Source: Vulcanimicrobiota bacterium (GTDB lineage Bacteria > Vulcanimicrobiota > Vulcanimicrobiia > Vulcanimicrobiales > Vulcanimicrobiaceae). From it: 64,000 nucleotides of DNA. Both the position numbers and the translations under genes were made by a program. Under the pieces are notes generated by a model. The model saw nothing but the letters and a program-made list of their open reading frames with translations. It ran no database searches and was not told the DNA's origin. The stretch is taken from the NCBI GenBank assembly GCA_963786105.1, contig CAWAXX010000014.1, positions 1 through 64,000 of the forward strand. Direction: 5' to 3'. Below are positions 8,462 through 18,647 of the stretch, in pieces. How positions within the stretch are numbered: position 1 is the first letter of the stretch; the number at the start of each line of letters is the position of its first letter.

Positions 8462-11176
8462 TCACATCCCGCGAAGTCGGTCCAACCAGCTCTTCAGCTT
8501 CCAATAGGAGCTCGACTTTACGGTTTCGATAAACATCGACATCCGGGCGTTATCGGTTTGCGTGGTCGCGCACAATAATTGAGTCTTCATGAGGCGCTCT
8601 TCAATTTCGGCGAGACTCTGCTGCAATGCCGCATTCGATCGCTTCTCCTCGGTTAGCTTGTCTTCAAGCTGAGCCTCCTGCCGAGCCGCGCGAGTAATCT
8701 GATCTTCTAGTTGTGCTGCCGTACGTTCCAGTTCATCGGCGCTATCAACATCGCGCTGCTTTGCAACTGAGTTAGCCTTTACGAACTCTTCCTCATGTTC
8801 TTGCGAAATCCGGCGTGCTTCTGTTAGGTCTATTTCTAGCTGTTTTGCATGCTCGCCGATCCGAGAGGTTTCTTCCTGAAGGGCATGCTTTCTCAAATTG
8901 GTAGCGGCATTATCGTATTCGAGCTGCTTCGCTCGCCGAGATGCTTCCGCGAAGTCTGTTTCCAGCAGCTTTGCATGCGAACTTAGGTCCAAGACTTCTT
9001 CCTGAAGCGCGCCCTCTCTCGTAATGGCGTCGGCGAGATCAATTTCCATTTGCTTTGCGTGCTCGCGAATAGCTTGAAATCTCTTCTTGAAGTGCGAGCT
9101 CCCTTGCCGCGACATCGCTAAGATCGCTTTCGAGGTGCTTCTCACGTTCGCGAGCATCCGACAAGCTCCTCTTGAAGCGCTTGCGCGTGCTTAAGAGTGT
9201 TTGACAGATCCACGTCCGAGCCGTGTTGCCTGTTCGTCGCTGGCCGATGCCTGTTCGCTGACGCGCGAAAGTTGTTCTTCGAGAGCTCGATGCGCCTCGG
9301 TAGACCGAGCGAGGTAATCTTCGAGCCGTCTGGTTTGTTGAGCCAGTTGTGAAACCTGGGTCTCCAAGAACTCCGCGTGCTTTTCCGACTTGAATGCTCG
9401 CACTCTCAAAGCAGGAAGCTCGGCCGTTTGAGATTCGAGCGTAGCGATCTGGGCCGACTGAGATTCGGTGCGCTCTCTGGAGTCGTTGAGCTCCGCACGC
9501 GCAAAATCGAGCGTTTTGCGTAAGTCGGCAACGGCTCGATCGGCGTCGCGCTGTCTGATCGCGAATTCGTCGTTCGCCCGGTAGAGCGCGCTCTGGGCTT
9601 CGTGCAGCTCCGCCTGCGTTTCGTCGAGCCGCGACTGCACGCTGGTCCGAGCTGCTTCCAGCTCGGTAATGCGAGCGTACATTACGGCGGCATTCGATTT
9701 GAGGTCTGCAAGCGAGGCATTACGTTGCGCTAGTGAACTCCGCGCACTAAGGAATAGCAACCTCGTCAGAGCTTCGTTTGCCTGAAGGTTGGCGATGTTG
9801 CGGGCGCGTTGTTCCAAAACGGCGCATGCTTCGTCCAGCTGCGCTTGCAAGATCGAACGCGCCAGCTCGAGTTTGTGGATTACGGCTGACCGCCGCTCCA
9901 GCATCGCATGCGCGGTTTCAAGCTGGAGCCGCGTTGCTTCTTGCGCGGTCGCGACCTCGCCGAGTGCGGACTGTATCTTCGCGACGTGTATGGCGCGCCG
10001 CTCGAGCTGGGCTCGTGCCGAATCGAGTTTTGCCTGCGTGCGTTCTAACTCGGCTGCTCGGTCGCTTAGGGCGCTCCTTAGCTCTCCTTTTTCGCGTTGT
10101 GCCGTATCGCCGGCTTCCTCGAGCTGCGAGATGCGCGCAACCATGTCGCCGCGTCGCGCCTCGAGTTCCTCGACCAGCGCCGTTCGTTCGTCGAGTGCGG
10201 CACATAGCTCGCCCTCGCGTGCCTGGGCGACCCGCTCGATGTCCTCCAGTTGCGTAATTCGGGCGACCATGTCACCGCGCCGCGCTTCGAGTTCGTCGAC
10301 TCGCTGTTTCAGGCCATCCGCCTCGATCTGCGCGCGCGCAGCAGCGGCGGCATTTTGTGCGGCCTGCCGGCGCGTGCCTTCCAGTTCAGCCAGCAAGCCG
10401 GCATGTTGTTCGTCGGTAACGGTTGCGTCTCGAGAGCGCGCTTCGGCCGACTCGGCTGCCTCGAGCTCGGCGATCCGCGCCGACATCGCGACGACGCGCG
10501 ATTTCAAATCGGCGAGCCTATTCTCGGCGGCGAGTTTTCCCGCATTGGCTTCTATTAACGAGTAGTCGAGCATTGCGTCTTCTCCTCCGATGATTGCCAG
10601 GCGCGCGTCGTCCTTCATGGGAACGGCCTTGACGATGAATTGGAGCGTTTGCGAATCGGCATCGGCGCCGACTTCATCAGACCGGGATGCGCGATGCTTT
10701 CGATCGCCTCGATCTCGTAGCCGGCGCGCAGGAAGAGCGCGTACGCGTCCTCCAGCGAGAATCCGTCGCTTGGTAACAGGCCCACCGTGCATCCGCCGGG
10801 TCGAAGCAGCTCGCGGGCATTTTCGAGAACGCGCCAGGGCTCGCGCAACGATGAATGCGTCGCGTCGAAAACGACGGCGTCGAAATCTAGACCCGGAAAC
10901 AACTCCGGCAAGGAAACCTCATCGAGGTCCGCGAGCGCGACCGTGGAGGAGTGAACTCGAGCCTCATCGCCGTTCGCGTCGTTCGGCAACGCGAATGCTA
11001 GAGTGCATCCGCCCGCCTCGAGGAGTTGCGGCAGCGACGATGCCGTGCCGCCGATCGAGGAGGATGTGCTCGGCGTCGCCGAGCAGACGAGCCGCGCTTG
11101 CGGCCGCCGAATTCGCTTCGCCGTGCGATGACTCGCCGACGATGGGATTCTGTGCTATGGCCTTTAAGATCGCCAT
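8462..11176 (-). CDS. Long coiled-coil protein with degenerate N-terminal methyltransferase-like domain (WbdD-like architecture), split by several indels
   Basis: ORFs 10964-11176, 10615-10989 (FDAVVF...EPWRVLENARELLRPGG), 9191-10792 and 8462-9157 join after 1-bp corrections; heptad-rich; C-terminal SSSYWKLKSWLDRLRG helix; start uncertain. Confidence 0.7.
10132..10300 (-). repeat. Intragenic direct repeat, 126-bp (42-aa) period
   Basis: ccatgtc at 10141 and 10267; peptides VDELEARRGDMVARITQLE and VEELEARRGDMVARISQLE. Confidence 0.85.
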
Positions 11177-11185
11177 CGGCCGCTT

Positions 11186-11647
11186 CTACGATTTGCAGCG
11201 GCCGGTAAATTTTTTGCCCGCCATGACTTGATCGTCACTGGCGACTTCAATGACGTTCTCGTCGGTTGAAGTTACCAAACACGCGGTTCCGTTGTTGACT
11301 TTCATAGTGAAGTCGTCGCCGCGCCGGTGATAGTATCCGTCCGGCCACGGGCACGGTGGAGCGGACGGCTTGCCCTTTAAGAAGTCCACCGAGTCGCTGA
11401 CGACGTGAACGCTCTTGTGCGTCGCGCCCAACGCCTTCAGGTGAGCTTCCGAGAGAACCGCGCAGATCTTTCCGTCGAGCACGCGGTAGACGGTCGGGTG
11501 ATCCACGTTGCGATAGAAGCCGGACTCCAACTGCGAGCCCGACGTAACGCCGGTCGTATCAGTGACGGCCGCGATTCCGCCGCCGGTGGTTGTACCCGCG
11601 AATGCTAGCGCCAATGCGTACGAGCACAAGCGGGCGGATCTATTCAT
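11186..11647 (-). CDS. Small secreted Cys-containing hypothetical protein
   Basis: ATG at 11647 overlaps the upstream gene end; signal peptide MNRSARLCSYALALAFAG; two G[FY]Y...C repeats. Confidence 0.7.
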   Translation of the reverse strand: MNRSARLCSYALALAFAGTTTGGGIAAVTDTTGVTSGSQLESGFYRNVDHPTVYRVLDGKICAVLSEAHLKALGATHKSVHVVSDSVDFLKGKPSAPPCPWPDGYYHRRGDDFTMKVNNGTACLVTSTDENVIEVASDDQVMAGKKFTGRCKS

Positions 11648-13050
11648 CGTCCGGTGGCTGTCCGTCCGAAAGTTGATGGAGGAAGTACTCGGTCTTGAGC
11701 GGCGCGTTGATGTGATGGAACTTGTGCGGCGGTTTGCGAAAAGTCGAAGACATCGACGATACTCGTCGCCCGAGAGTCGGTGTGATTGAGCGAGGGAAGA
11801 TGGAAAGCTTGCTCGACGAATTTCAGGATGCTGCCGTACTCGTACTGCGTATGCGACACGTAGTGCACCTTCGAGTACGGTGAAATGATGATGCACGGTA
11901 CGCGAAAGCCGAGGCCGACCCAATCCGGCTGCGGCGGCGGCACGTTGTCGTACCAGCCGCCCCAGTCGTCCCAGAGTACGATGATGGCGGTGTCGTTCCA
12001 GTACTTGCTTCCGCCGATGGCGTTGACGATCGACGAAACCCACGACGGGCCGCCGGTGTTGCCGACGTCGTGATCGGAGTTGGGCGACTTCGGCACGACC
12101 CACGACATCGACGGAAGTTTCCCATTGGCGATGTCGCTGAGCACGGTCGTTTCGGGCGAAATGACGTGGTTCTTCCAATCGGGACCCTCGTATACGGCCT
12201 TGATTGCGCGGAACTCCGACCAAACGCGCGAGCCGAAGTCCTCGGTTAGCGAGGGCGCGTAGTATTTCCACGACACTTTCGCGTGATCGAGCGTGCCGGC
12301 CATCGTCGTGAACTGCGTGAAGCACGGGTACGGTCCCCACGGCGCCGGGTTTGAGGGAGGGTAGCCCGACCAGTGATGCTGTGGGTCGAGGATTTGCGTT
12401 TTCGTCGGCGGTCTTAGGTGCATCGCAGCCCCAGGGCGTTTGGTCGGAACGGTTACCGCCTGGTTGCTGCTAATCTGCGTCGTGCCCGCGATCAAATCGA
12501 GATGTGCCGAGAAGCTGCCGCCCCATGCCGTCGGAAACATTTGGTCCGCAAGCGTGTAGTTGTATGCCATGTCCCAGTACGGCTGGATCAACGTTTTCTT
12601 GAGATAGGCGTACGACGCGTGGCCCGACGGCTGGTTCGGCGGCTTGTCGAACGGCACGAGATTGAACTGGTCCATCTTGCCCTTGTCGAAGGCCTTGAAC
12701 GTCCACTCGACGCCGTGATAAATGGTGGGCGCGTTCCAATCGATGGCTTTCAGGTTAACTTTGGTAACGTGACCTTGCGTATCTTTCGCATAGCCGTACA
12801 TCGGCGCATCGGCACCTTTGAATCCGGCGAACAAGTTCTCGAAGCTGCGATTCTCTTGCACGATGACGACGACGTGCTTGATGTAATTCGAAACTGGAAC
12901 GCCCGGCTCGATGCTCTCTTGGAGAAGCGGGTCGCTTAGCGGCAACGCCGATGGAACGCTACTGTGCGAGCCCGGCATGGAGCACGCCGGCGTCATCAAG
13001 GCGATGACACAGGCGAAAATGCCTATCCGTTGAGTACAGATCCGCTTCAC
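11640..13050 (-). CDS. Phosphoesterase lipoprotein, paralog 5; indels near 12430 and 11735
   Basis: GGAGG RBS, GTG 13050; MTPAC lipobox-like; [26 protein letters not shown]; corrected end QPPDDE* (TAG 11642-11640). Confidence 0.88.
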
Positions 13051-13090
13051 CTGTGAAAGACCTCCCGACGCTCTATTTGAAAGAGGGACG

Positions 13091-13118
13091 TTCGTGAGGC
13101 CGCCGGCCTCTCTCCTAC
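13091..13118 (-). promoter_or_regulatory. Candidate SigH-like promoter GTAGG-N20-GAA
   Basis: Upstream of paralog 5; same spacing as the motif at 15846-15873. Confidence 0.4.
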
Positions 13119-13561
13119 CCTTTACGCCGACGCAACCAAGCGCGCACGTCGCGCATCGTCGCCCGCAGGCCCGCCCCGAACGTGAGGTAACGATTCCCCA
13201 GGAAGCCGACGACGGCACTTGGGGGAATCGAAAGCGCCTTGGCGACCAACGGGGTGAGATGGAAAACGTGCGTTCCCGCTTCGACGAACAGCAAGGCCAC
13301 GAGCCAGTTGACGAGCGTAACCACGAGGTAGGTTCCGGCTTGAACGACGGCCGCTCGATCGAAAGCGCGAAACGTCCAGTGCCGGTTTAAGTAAAACTGC
13401 AGCGCGGTTGCAAGCCCGTATGCCAGGGTCACCGCCGCCGGCGTCGGCACGTGCAATCGCAGCAGCGCCCAAAAGAGACTGAGGTCAATCAACGTGCCGA
13501 TCACGCCGACGGCGGCATACGTCGTGAATTGCCGAGTCAAGGCGTCTTTGGCCGGCGGCAT
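13115..13561 (-). CDS. GtrA family protein (polyprenyl-phosphate-sugar flippase)
   Basis: ~140 aa, four TM helices, QF..YA.VG..GT..D, FYLNRHWTF and NRYLTF motifs. Confidence 0.9.
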   Translation of the reverse strand: MPPAKDALTRQFTTYAAVGVIGTLIDLSLFWALLRLHVPTPAAVTLAYGLATALQFYLNRHWTFRAFDRAAVVQAGTYLVVTLVNWLVALLFVEAGTHVFHLTPLVAKALSIPPSAVVGFLGNRYLTFGAGLRATMRDVRAWLRRRKG

Positions 13562-13623
13562 CGGGCAGGAAGCGGCGCCGCGGTATCCGCATTATTTCCG
13601 GGCACACGCGATAAGGGGTAACC

Positions 13624-14997
13624 ATGCGCGCCAAGAGCATTGCCGTATTCGGTCTGGCATTGTCGATAGCGGGCTGCTCGGCGAGCCGCGCGCCCGGAGG
13701 CCTGCAGGGACCGGGCGCAGACGTCGTTCCGGCGCCGTTGCACCTGGAGCGCGCCGCCGTTGACGGTCTTCCGATCGGCCATTACATCAAGCACGTCGTC
13801 GTCATCATTCAAGAAAACCGGAGCTTCGAGAACATCTTCGCGGGCTTTCCGAAAGCCGACGCGCCGATGTACGGCTATTTGCACAACGGAAACAAGATCG
13901 ATCTCCACTCGCAGGACTTTAAGGGTAACGATTTGCCGCACGGTTATGCGGCGGCAATCTGGGACTATAACGGCGGTGCCATGAACGCCTTCGATACGGC
14001 CATTCAAAAATGGCCCCGTCCAGGCGAGAAGCCGACATATCCGTACGCGTACCTCGATCGCAAGGACTCGGCGCCGTACTGGGCGATGGCGAAGCAGTAC
14101 GTGCTCGCCGATCACATGTTTCCGACGGAATGGGGACCGAGCTTCACGGCGCACATCGATCTCATCGCCGCCACCACCTTTTTGAACGACCAGAAGACGC
14201 TGGCGCTGGTCGACACGCCGTCGGTCGGGCCGTGGGGCTGCGATTCACCGAAGGGAGCGACGACGCCGACGCTCGACTCGCAATTGCACCGAGTGTTAAA
14301 AGGGCCGTTCCCATGTTTTACACGTTTCGCAACCTTGGCGCACCCGCTCGATGCCAAGGGCGTTTCCTGGCGATACTATGCGCCGATCGTCCACGGGCCT
14401 GGCGGAATCTACTCGGCGTTCGATGCGATCAAGCAAGTACGCGACGGACCTGATTGGACCCGGAACGTCATCAGCCCGCAGACGCAAGTGCTCCAAGATG
14501 CCGCTAAGCAGGGCGGTCTGGCGTCGGTGACCTGGGTGGTGCCCACCGGAATCGATTCGGATCATCCCGGCAGCAAGAGCGACACCGGTCCGTCGTGGGT
14601 AGCGGCGATCGTCAATACCATCGGCAAGAGCCCTTCGTGGCCTTCGACCGCCATCATCGTGCTGTGGGACGACTGGGGCGGCTGGTACGACAACCTGTCA
14701 CCGCCGCAGTTGGATTTCCTCGGCTTGGGCGAACGCGTGCCCGCGATCGTCATCTCGCCTTATGCGAAGCCGGGATACGTGTCGCAAACGCAGTACGAAT
14801 TCGGAAGCGTTCTGAAATTCACCGAGTCGGTGTTCAATCTGCCGTCGCTGGGCTTCAGCGACGAGCGCGCGACCGGCATCTCGGACGCCTTTGACTTTAG
14901 CCAGAAACCGCGCGCATTTAAAGTGATTCCTGCCAAGTATCCGCCCAGCCATTTCCTGCAGCGCCCTCCGACGTTCTTACCGCCGGACGACGACTAA
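13624..14997 (+). CDS. Phosphoesterase lipoprotein, paralog 6
   Basis: Lipobox [31 protein letters not shown]; ends PPDDD. Confidence 0.92.
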   Translation: MRAKSIAVFGLALSIAGCSASRAPGGLQGPGADVVPAPLHLERAAVDGLPIGHYIKHVVVIIQENRSFENIFAGFPKADAPMYGYLHNGNKIDLHSQDFKGNDLPHGYAAAIWDYNGGAMNAFDTAIQKWPRPGEKPTYPYAYLDRKDSAPYWAMAKQYVLADHMFPTEWGPSFTAHIDLIAATTFLNDQKTLALVDTPSVGPWGCDSPKGATTPTLDSQLHRVLKGPFPCFTRFATLAHPLDAKGVSWRYYAPIVHGPGGIYSAFDAIKQVRDGPDWTRNVISPQTQVLQDAAKQGGLASVTWVVPTGIDSDHPGSKSDTGPSWVAAIVNTIGKSPSWPSTAIIVLWDDWGGWYDNLSPPQLDFLGLGERVPAIVISPYAKPGYVSQTQYEFGSVLKFTESVFNLPSLGFSDERATGISDAFDFSQKPRAFKVIPAKYPPSHFLQRPPTFLPPDDD

Positions 14998-15000
14998 CGG

Positions 15001-15804
15001 CTACGTTGCGACGCTGAGGCGATCGCAAAGCGCGCGCGTTTGTGCTTCGAAGTCCTCGTAGCGCGTGCCGAACAGCCGCTCGTAAAGCAATTCACCGGGG
15101 TGCGGCCGCCGGCAAAGACGAGCGACGTCGAATGCTACGACCGATTCCCGATGCGCAATCGCGCGTTCGTACAAGGCTCCGGGAAAGAGACCCAGCCACG
15201 TGCGCCGCTGCGACCTGTAGTGCCGGCACGCGAACGCGGCAGACCATCGCGTCCGCAGCGGCATAGTGGCTCGGCGTGATGCTTTTGCGGTCGGAAGCTG
15301 TCGCATCGTCGCAAAGAACGGCCGCGGGCAGCGGTATGCATTGTACAGCGAAAAGTGCCATGACTCGTTTATTATGCCATGGTTATTCGCGATGACGGCG
15401 GCGACCAGATGGGCGGCGTCATGATCGGGATGACCGCCTTCGTAGGACGGCGCGTACAGCTTCTGAGGTGCGAACGACGAACGTTCGATCCAACGTTCGA
15501 CCGCGTCGACGGCTTCGCAAGATCGAGCGGCGAGCTGGCGGTCTGCGATGCGCCCGCGATCGGTCCGAACGATCGCGATGCTCTCGTCGCGAACGCCCAG
15601 CGACCGTAAGACGGTCCGGCTTTCCTCATCGCGCACCTCCGGATCCACTCGGCTTCCGCCGTCGGTTAGGTACAAGCAAGCGATAGCCGTACCGCGCGCG
15701 ACCTCTTGGAGGATCCACGGTATCGCGGCGTATTCGTCGTCTTGATGCGCGAAGACGAAGAGCGCACGCGTGACCGTCGGCGAGGGCTTAGGGCTGGAGG
15801 CCAC
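15001..15804 (-). CDS. PIG-L family N-deacetylase
   Basis: AHQDDE, LTDG, R..E, GGHPDH and HYRSQ motifs. Confidence 0.9.
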   Translation of the reverse strand: MASSPKPSPTVTRALFVFAHQDDEYAAIPWILQEVARGTAIACLYLTDGGSRVDPEVRDEESRTVLRSLGVRDESIAIVRTDRGRIADRQLAARSCEAVDAVERWIERSSFAPQKLYAPSYEGGHPDHDAAHLVAAVIANNHGIINESWHFSLYNAYRCPRPFFATMRQLPTAKASRRATMPLRTRWSAAFACRHYRSQRRTWLGLFPGALYERAIAHRESVVAFDVARLCRRPHPGELLYERLFGTRYEDFEAQTRALCDRLSVAT

Positions 15805-15845
15805 GGTCGATACGTGCGGCGCCTACGAAGCCATCCCCCCCTGGG

Positions 15846-15873
15846 GTAGGACAGCCGTTTGATTGGCGGCGAA
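15846..15873 (+). promoter_or_regulatory. Candidate SigH-like promoter GTAGG-N20-GAA
   Basis: 40 nt upstream of the paralog 7 start; recurrent motif in this window. Confidence 0.4.
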
Positions 15874-15913
15874 ACCATCGTTGCTCGGAATACGGCGAAA
15901 GGAGAACTCCGTC

Positions 15914-17338
15914 GTGAGAAGGCTCGCTATCCTGCTCGTCGCAACGTTGGTCGTTGGGTGTAACGGTCCGTTGTCGCAAGGTTCGGCGGTGCCGGCGGGG
16001 CCGGTGCTCGGCTCTATGCGTGCGCTCCAGGCGGCGAGAGTTGCTGCCCGATCGACGAAAATCCAATACGTCATCGTCATGGTGCAGGAGAATCGCACTT
16101 TCGACAATTTCTTTTACGGGTTCCCCGGCGCCGACTATGCCAAGTCCGGGATGGGTCACGGCAAGGTCTATCCGATGCAGCCGGTCGGCTTAAAATTTAA
16201 GTTCGTTCTCAATCACAGCCACTCGCAGTTTCTCGAGGACTACGATGGCGGCAAGAACGACGGCTTCGAAGACATGATCTCCGGCTGGTTCCACGGACCC
16301 GGTTGCAAAGACTATCGTAATCATCCGGCGTGCTGGGACTTCTATCCCGAAAAAGAAATTAAGAAGATGGCGTATTCTTACGTCAAGCAGGCCGACATTC
16401 AGCCGTACTGGACGATGGCGCAGCAGTACGGGCTCGGCGACCACACGTTTACGTCCAACAGCGGACCGACGTTTCCGGCCCATCAGTATTACATTGCCGG
16501 ACAGTCGGCCCACGCGTCGGAAGTACCGGCCGGGAACCCGTGGGGCTGCGACGGACCGCCGAGCAACAGCGTGGTGAAGCTGATCTACGGGTATCCGTCG
16601 CCGCCGCACGACTTTTCAAAGGCCACCGGCCACGAAGTTGATGGTCCGTTCCCGTGCTTTGACTACATGACGATTGCGGATTTGCTCGATGCAGCGGGCG
16701 TGTCGTGGCACTACTACGTCTCGAACCCGATCGACTCGTCGTTAAACGGATTCGCTGCCGTAAGGGCGGTGCGCTACGGGCCGGATTGGGCAAATATGGA
16801 GACCAACACCGACATCTTCAAAGACATCACCAACGGGAATTTAGCGCACGTTTCGTGGGTGACGCCATCGCCGCCCAACTCCGATCATCCCGGTCCGGAT
16901 AGCGGCTCGGGCGGACCCGACTGGGTCGCATCGGTGGTGAACGCCGTCGGCGAGAGCAAGTACTGGAAGAACGCGGCGATCGTCATTATGTGGGACGATT
17001 GGGGCGGCTGGTACGACCACGTCCCGCCCCCGCAGCTTCCCGATCCGAAGACCAAAGCGTACGAAGGCCTCGGTTTTCGCACGCCTTTAATCGTCGTCTC
17101 GCCGTATGCGAAGAGGCACTATATTTCGCACCACCAGCACGAACTGGCCGGCAGCATGACCTTCATCGAAAAGATGTTCGGTCTTCCGTCGCTCGGGCTG
17201 GCGGATGCCCGCGCCGACGCTTTTGGCGACATGTTCAACTTTGCGCAGAAACCGACGCCGTTTCAGCCGATACCGACCCACCTCGACGCGAAGTATTTCA
17301 TCGACCATCCATCTTCCGGGCAGGTCGACGAAGAGTAG
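15914..17338 (+). CDS. Phosphoesterase lipoprotein, paralog 7
   Basis: AAGGAG RBS, GTG 15914; lipobox [33 protein letters not shown]; ends QVDEE. Confidence 0.92.
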   Translation: MRRLAILLVATLVVGCNGPLSQGSAVPAGPVLGSMRALQAARVAARSTKIQYVIVMVQENRTFDNFFYGFPGADYAKSGMGHGKVYPMQPVGLKFKFVLNHSHSQFLEDYDGGKNDGFEDMISGWFHGPGCKDYRNHPACWDFYPEKEIKKMAYSYVKQADIQPYWTMAQQYGLGDHTFTSNSGPTFPAHQYYIAGQSAHASEVPAGNPWGCDGPPSNSVVKLIYGYPSPPHDFSKATGHEVDGPFPCFDYMTIADLLDAAGVSWHYYVSNPIDSSLNGFAAVRAVRYGPDWANMETNTDIFKDITNGNLAHVSWVTPSPPNSDHPGPDSGSGGPDWVASVVNAVGESKYWKNAAIVIMWDDWGGWYDHVPPPQLPDPKTKAYEGLGFRTPLIVVSPYAKRHYISHHQHELAGSMTFIEKMFGLPSLGLADARADAFGDMFNFAQKPTPFQPIPTHLDAKYFIDHPSSGQVDEE

Positions 17339-17349
17339 ACGGCCGGCCG

Positions 17350-18585
17350 TTAGTGGTCGAAGACGATTTCGTCGACGCGGGGTCCGACGTCGCGGATGTC
17401 GCCGCTGATTCCGAGATCGCTGTGGTTCACCGTCGCCGAGGACGTGATGCGCATGGTGGTCGACTGACCCTTGGCAATGCGCCGGTCGCACCGCAACGTG
17501 ATTTTCCCGGCCGACGCCGGGGCGCGCGCGACGACCTTTCCATCGACTTCAACGGCGACTTCGGTGTTGGCGGGCATGCCGGCTGGAACCGTCGCTTGGA
17601 CGACCCAGCTGCGAATGTCGCGCAGCGGCTCGAGCGTGAATTCGAGGGCGCCGTCGGTCCAGCCGTCTTCGTAACCACCCTTGATCTTGCCGGTCTGGCG
17701 GACGTATCCGACCAGCGGCAAGCGCAGCAACGGCAGCATCCCGGCGAGGCGCGCGCGGTAAAATTCGACCAACGCCGTCGCCGATCTGGTGCCGTCAGGT
17801 CCGTTGCCGGCGAGGGCGTCCGCCACCGGCTTGCCGCTGACGGCGCGACTGTAGGCGCGAATCACGTCCATGCGCTCGCCGAAGGCCGCGACGCGTCCCT
17901 TGTCGAGCCAGAGCGCGACGTCGCAAAGCGATGCCACCGTCGACGTGTCGTGGGTCGCGATGATCGTCGTCTTGCCGCGGCTCTTGAAATCGTCGAGCCA
18001 CGCCATGCACTTTGCCTGAAAATGTTCGTCTCCCACCGCGAACACTTCGTCGATGAGAAGGATCTCGGGGTCTACTCGAATGGCGGCGGCGAACGCCAGC
18101 CGCATCGCCATGCCGGTGGAGTACGTGCGAATCGGGGCGTCGATAAACTCACCGAGCTCGGAGAATTCGATGACGTCGTCGAGCTGAGCCTTTGCTTCTT
18201 CGCGGCTCAATCCAAGGGTCAAAAGCTCGATAAGCGCATTTTCCCGACCGCTGAAGTCCGGATAGAAGCCGAGGCCGAGGGACAAGAGCGGCGCGACGCT
18301 GCCTTGTACTCGCAGCTCTCCCTTGTCCGGCTTGGTGACGTCGGACAGGATGCGCAGGAGGGTGGTCTTGCCGGACCCGTTTTCACCGATCAAGCCGAGC
18401 GTCTGGCCGCGCTTAAGGGTAAACGTGACGTCCTTGAGCGCATCGACCACGCCGTAGCGGCCCTCGAAGTGGACGCGCTGCAGAACCAAATCCTTCAGCG
18501 TCGTTGGTCTCGCGGTCGCCTGAAAACGGAAACGCTTCGAAATCCCGGTCGCTTCGACCGCGTCGTTCGTCAAAGTGGAGATCAT
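17350..18585 (-). CDS. wzt: Polysaccharide ABC transporter ATP-binding subunit with C-terminal extra domain
   Basis: GENGSGKTT Walker A, YSTGMAMRLAFA signature, ILLIDEVFAVGD Walker B, H-loop; ~150-aa C-terminal extension. Confidence 0.93.
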   Translation of the reverse strand: MISTLTNDAVEATGISKRFRFQATARPTTLKDLVLQRVHFEGRYGVVDALKDVTFTLKRGQTLGLIGENGSGKTTLLRILSDVTKPDKGELRVQGSVAPLLSLGLGFYPDFSGRENALIELLTLGLSREEAKAQLDDVIEFSELGEFIDAPIRTYSTGMAMRLAFAAAIRVDPEILLIDEVFAVGDEHFQAKCMAWLDDFKSRGKTTIIATHDTSTVASLCDVALWLDKGRVAAFGERMDVIRAYSRAVSGKPVADALAGNGPDGTRSATALVEFYRARLAGMLPLLRLPLVGYVRQTGKIKGGYEDGWTDGALEFTLEPLRDIRSWVVQATVPAGMPANTEVAVEVDGKVVARAPASAGKITLRCDRRIAKGQSTTMRITSSATVNHSDLGISGDIRDVGPRVDEIVFDH

Positions 18586-18647
18586 TGCGCTAATATTCGT
18601 TACGCGATGATAGGAGGTCCCCCCGGCCCTCCGGTAAGCATCGTGTT

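Noticed and set aside
9158..9193. Apparent in-frame TAA readthrough between ORFs 9191-10792 and 8462-9157
   Set aside because: Three separate +1 insertions restore the ALQEE repeat pattern, so the shared frame is coincidental.
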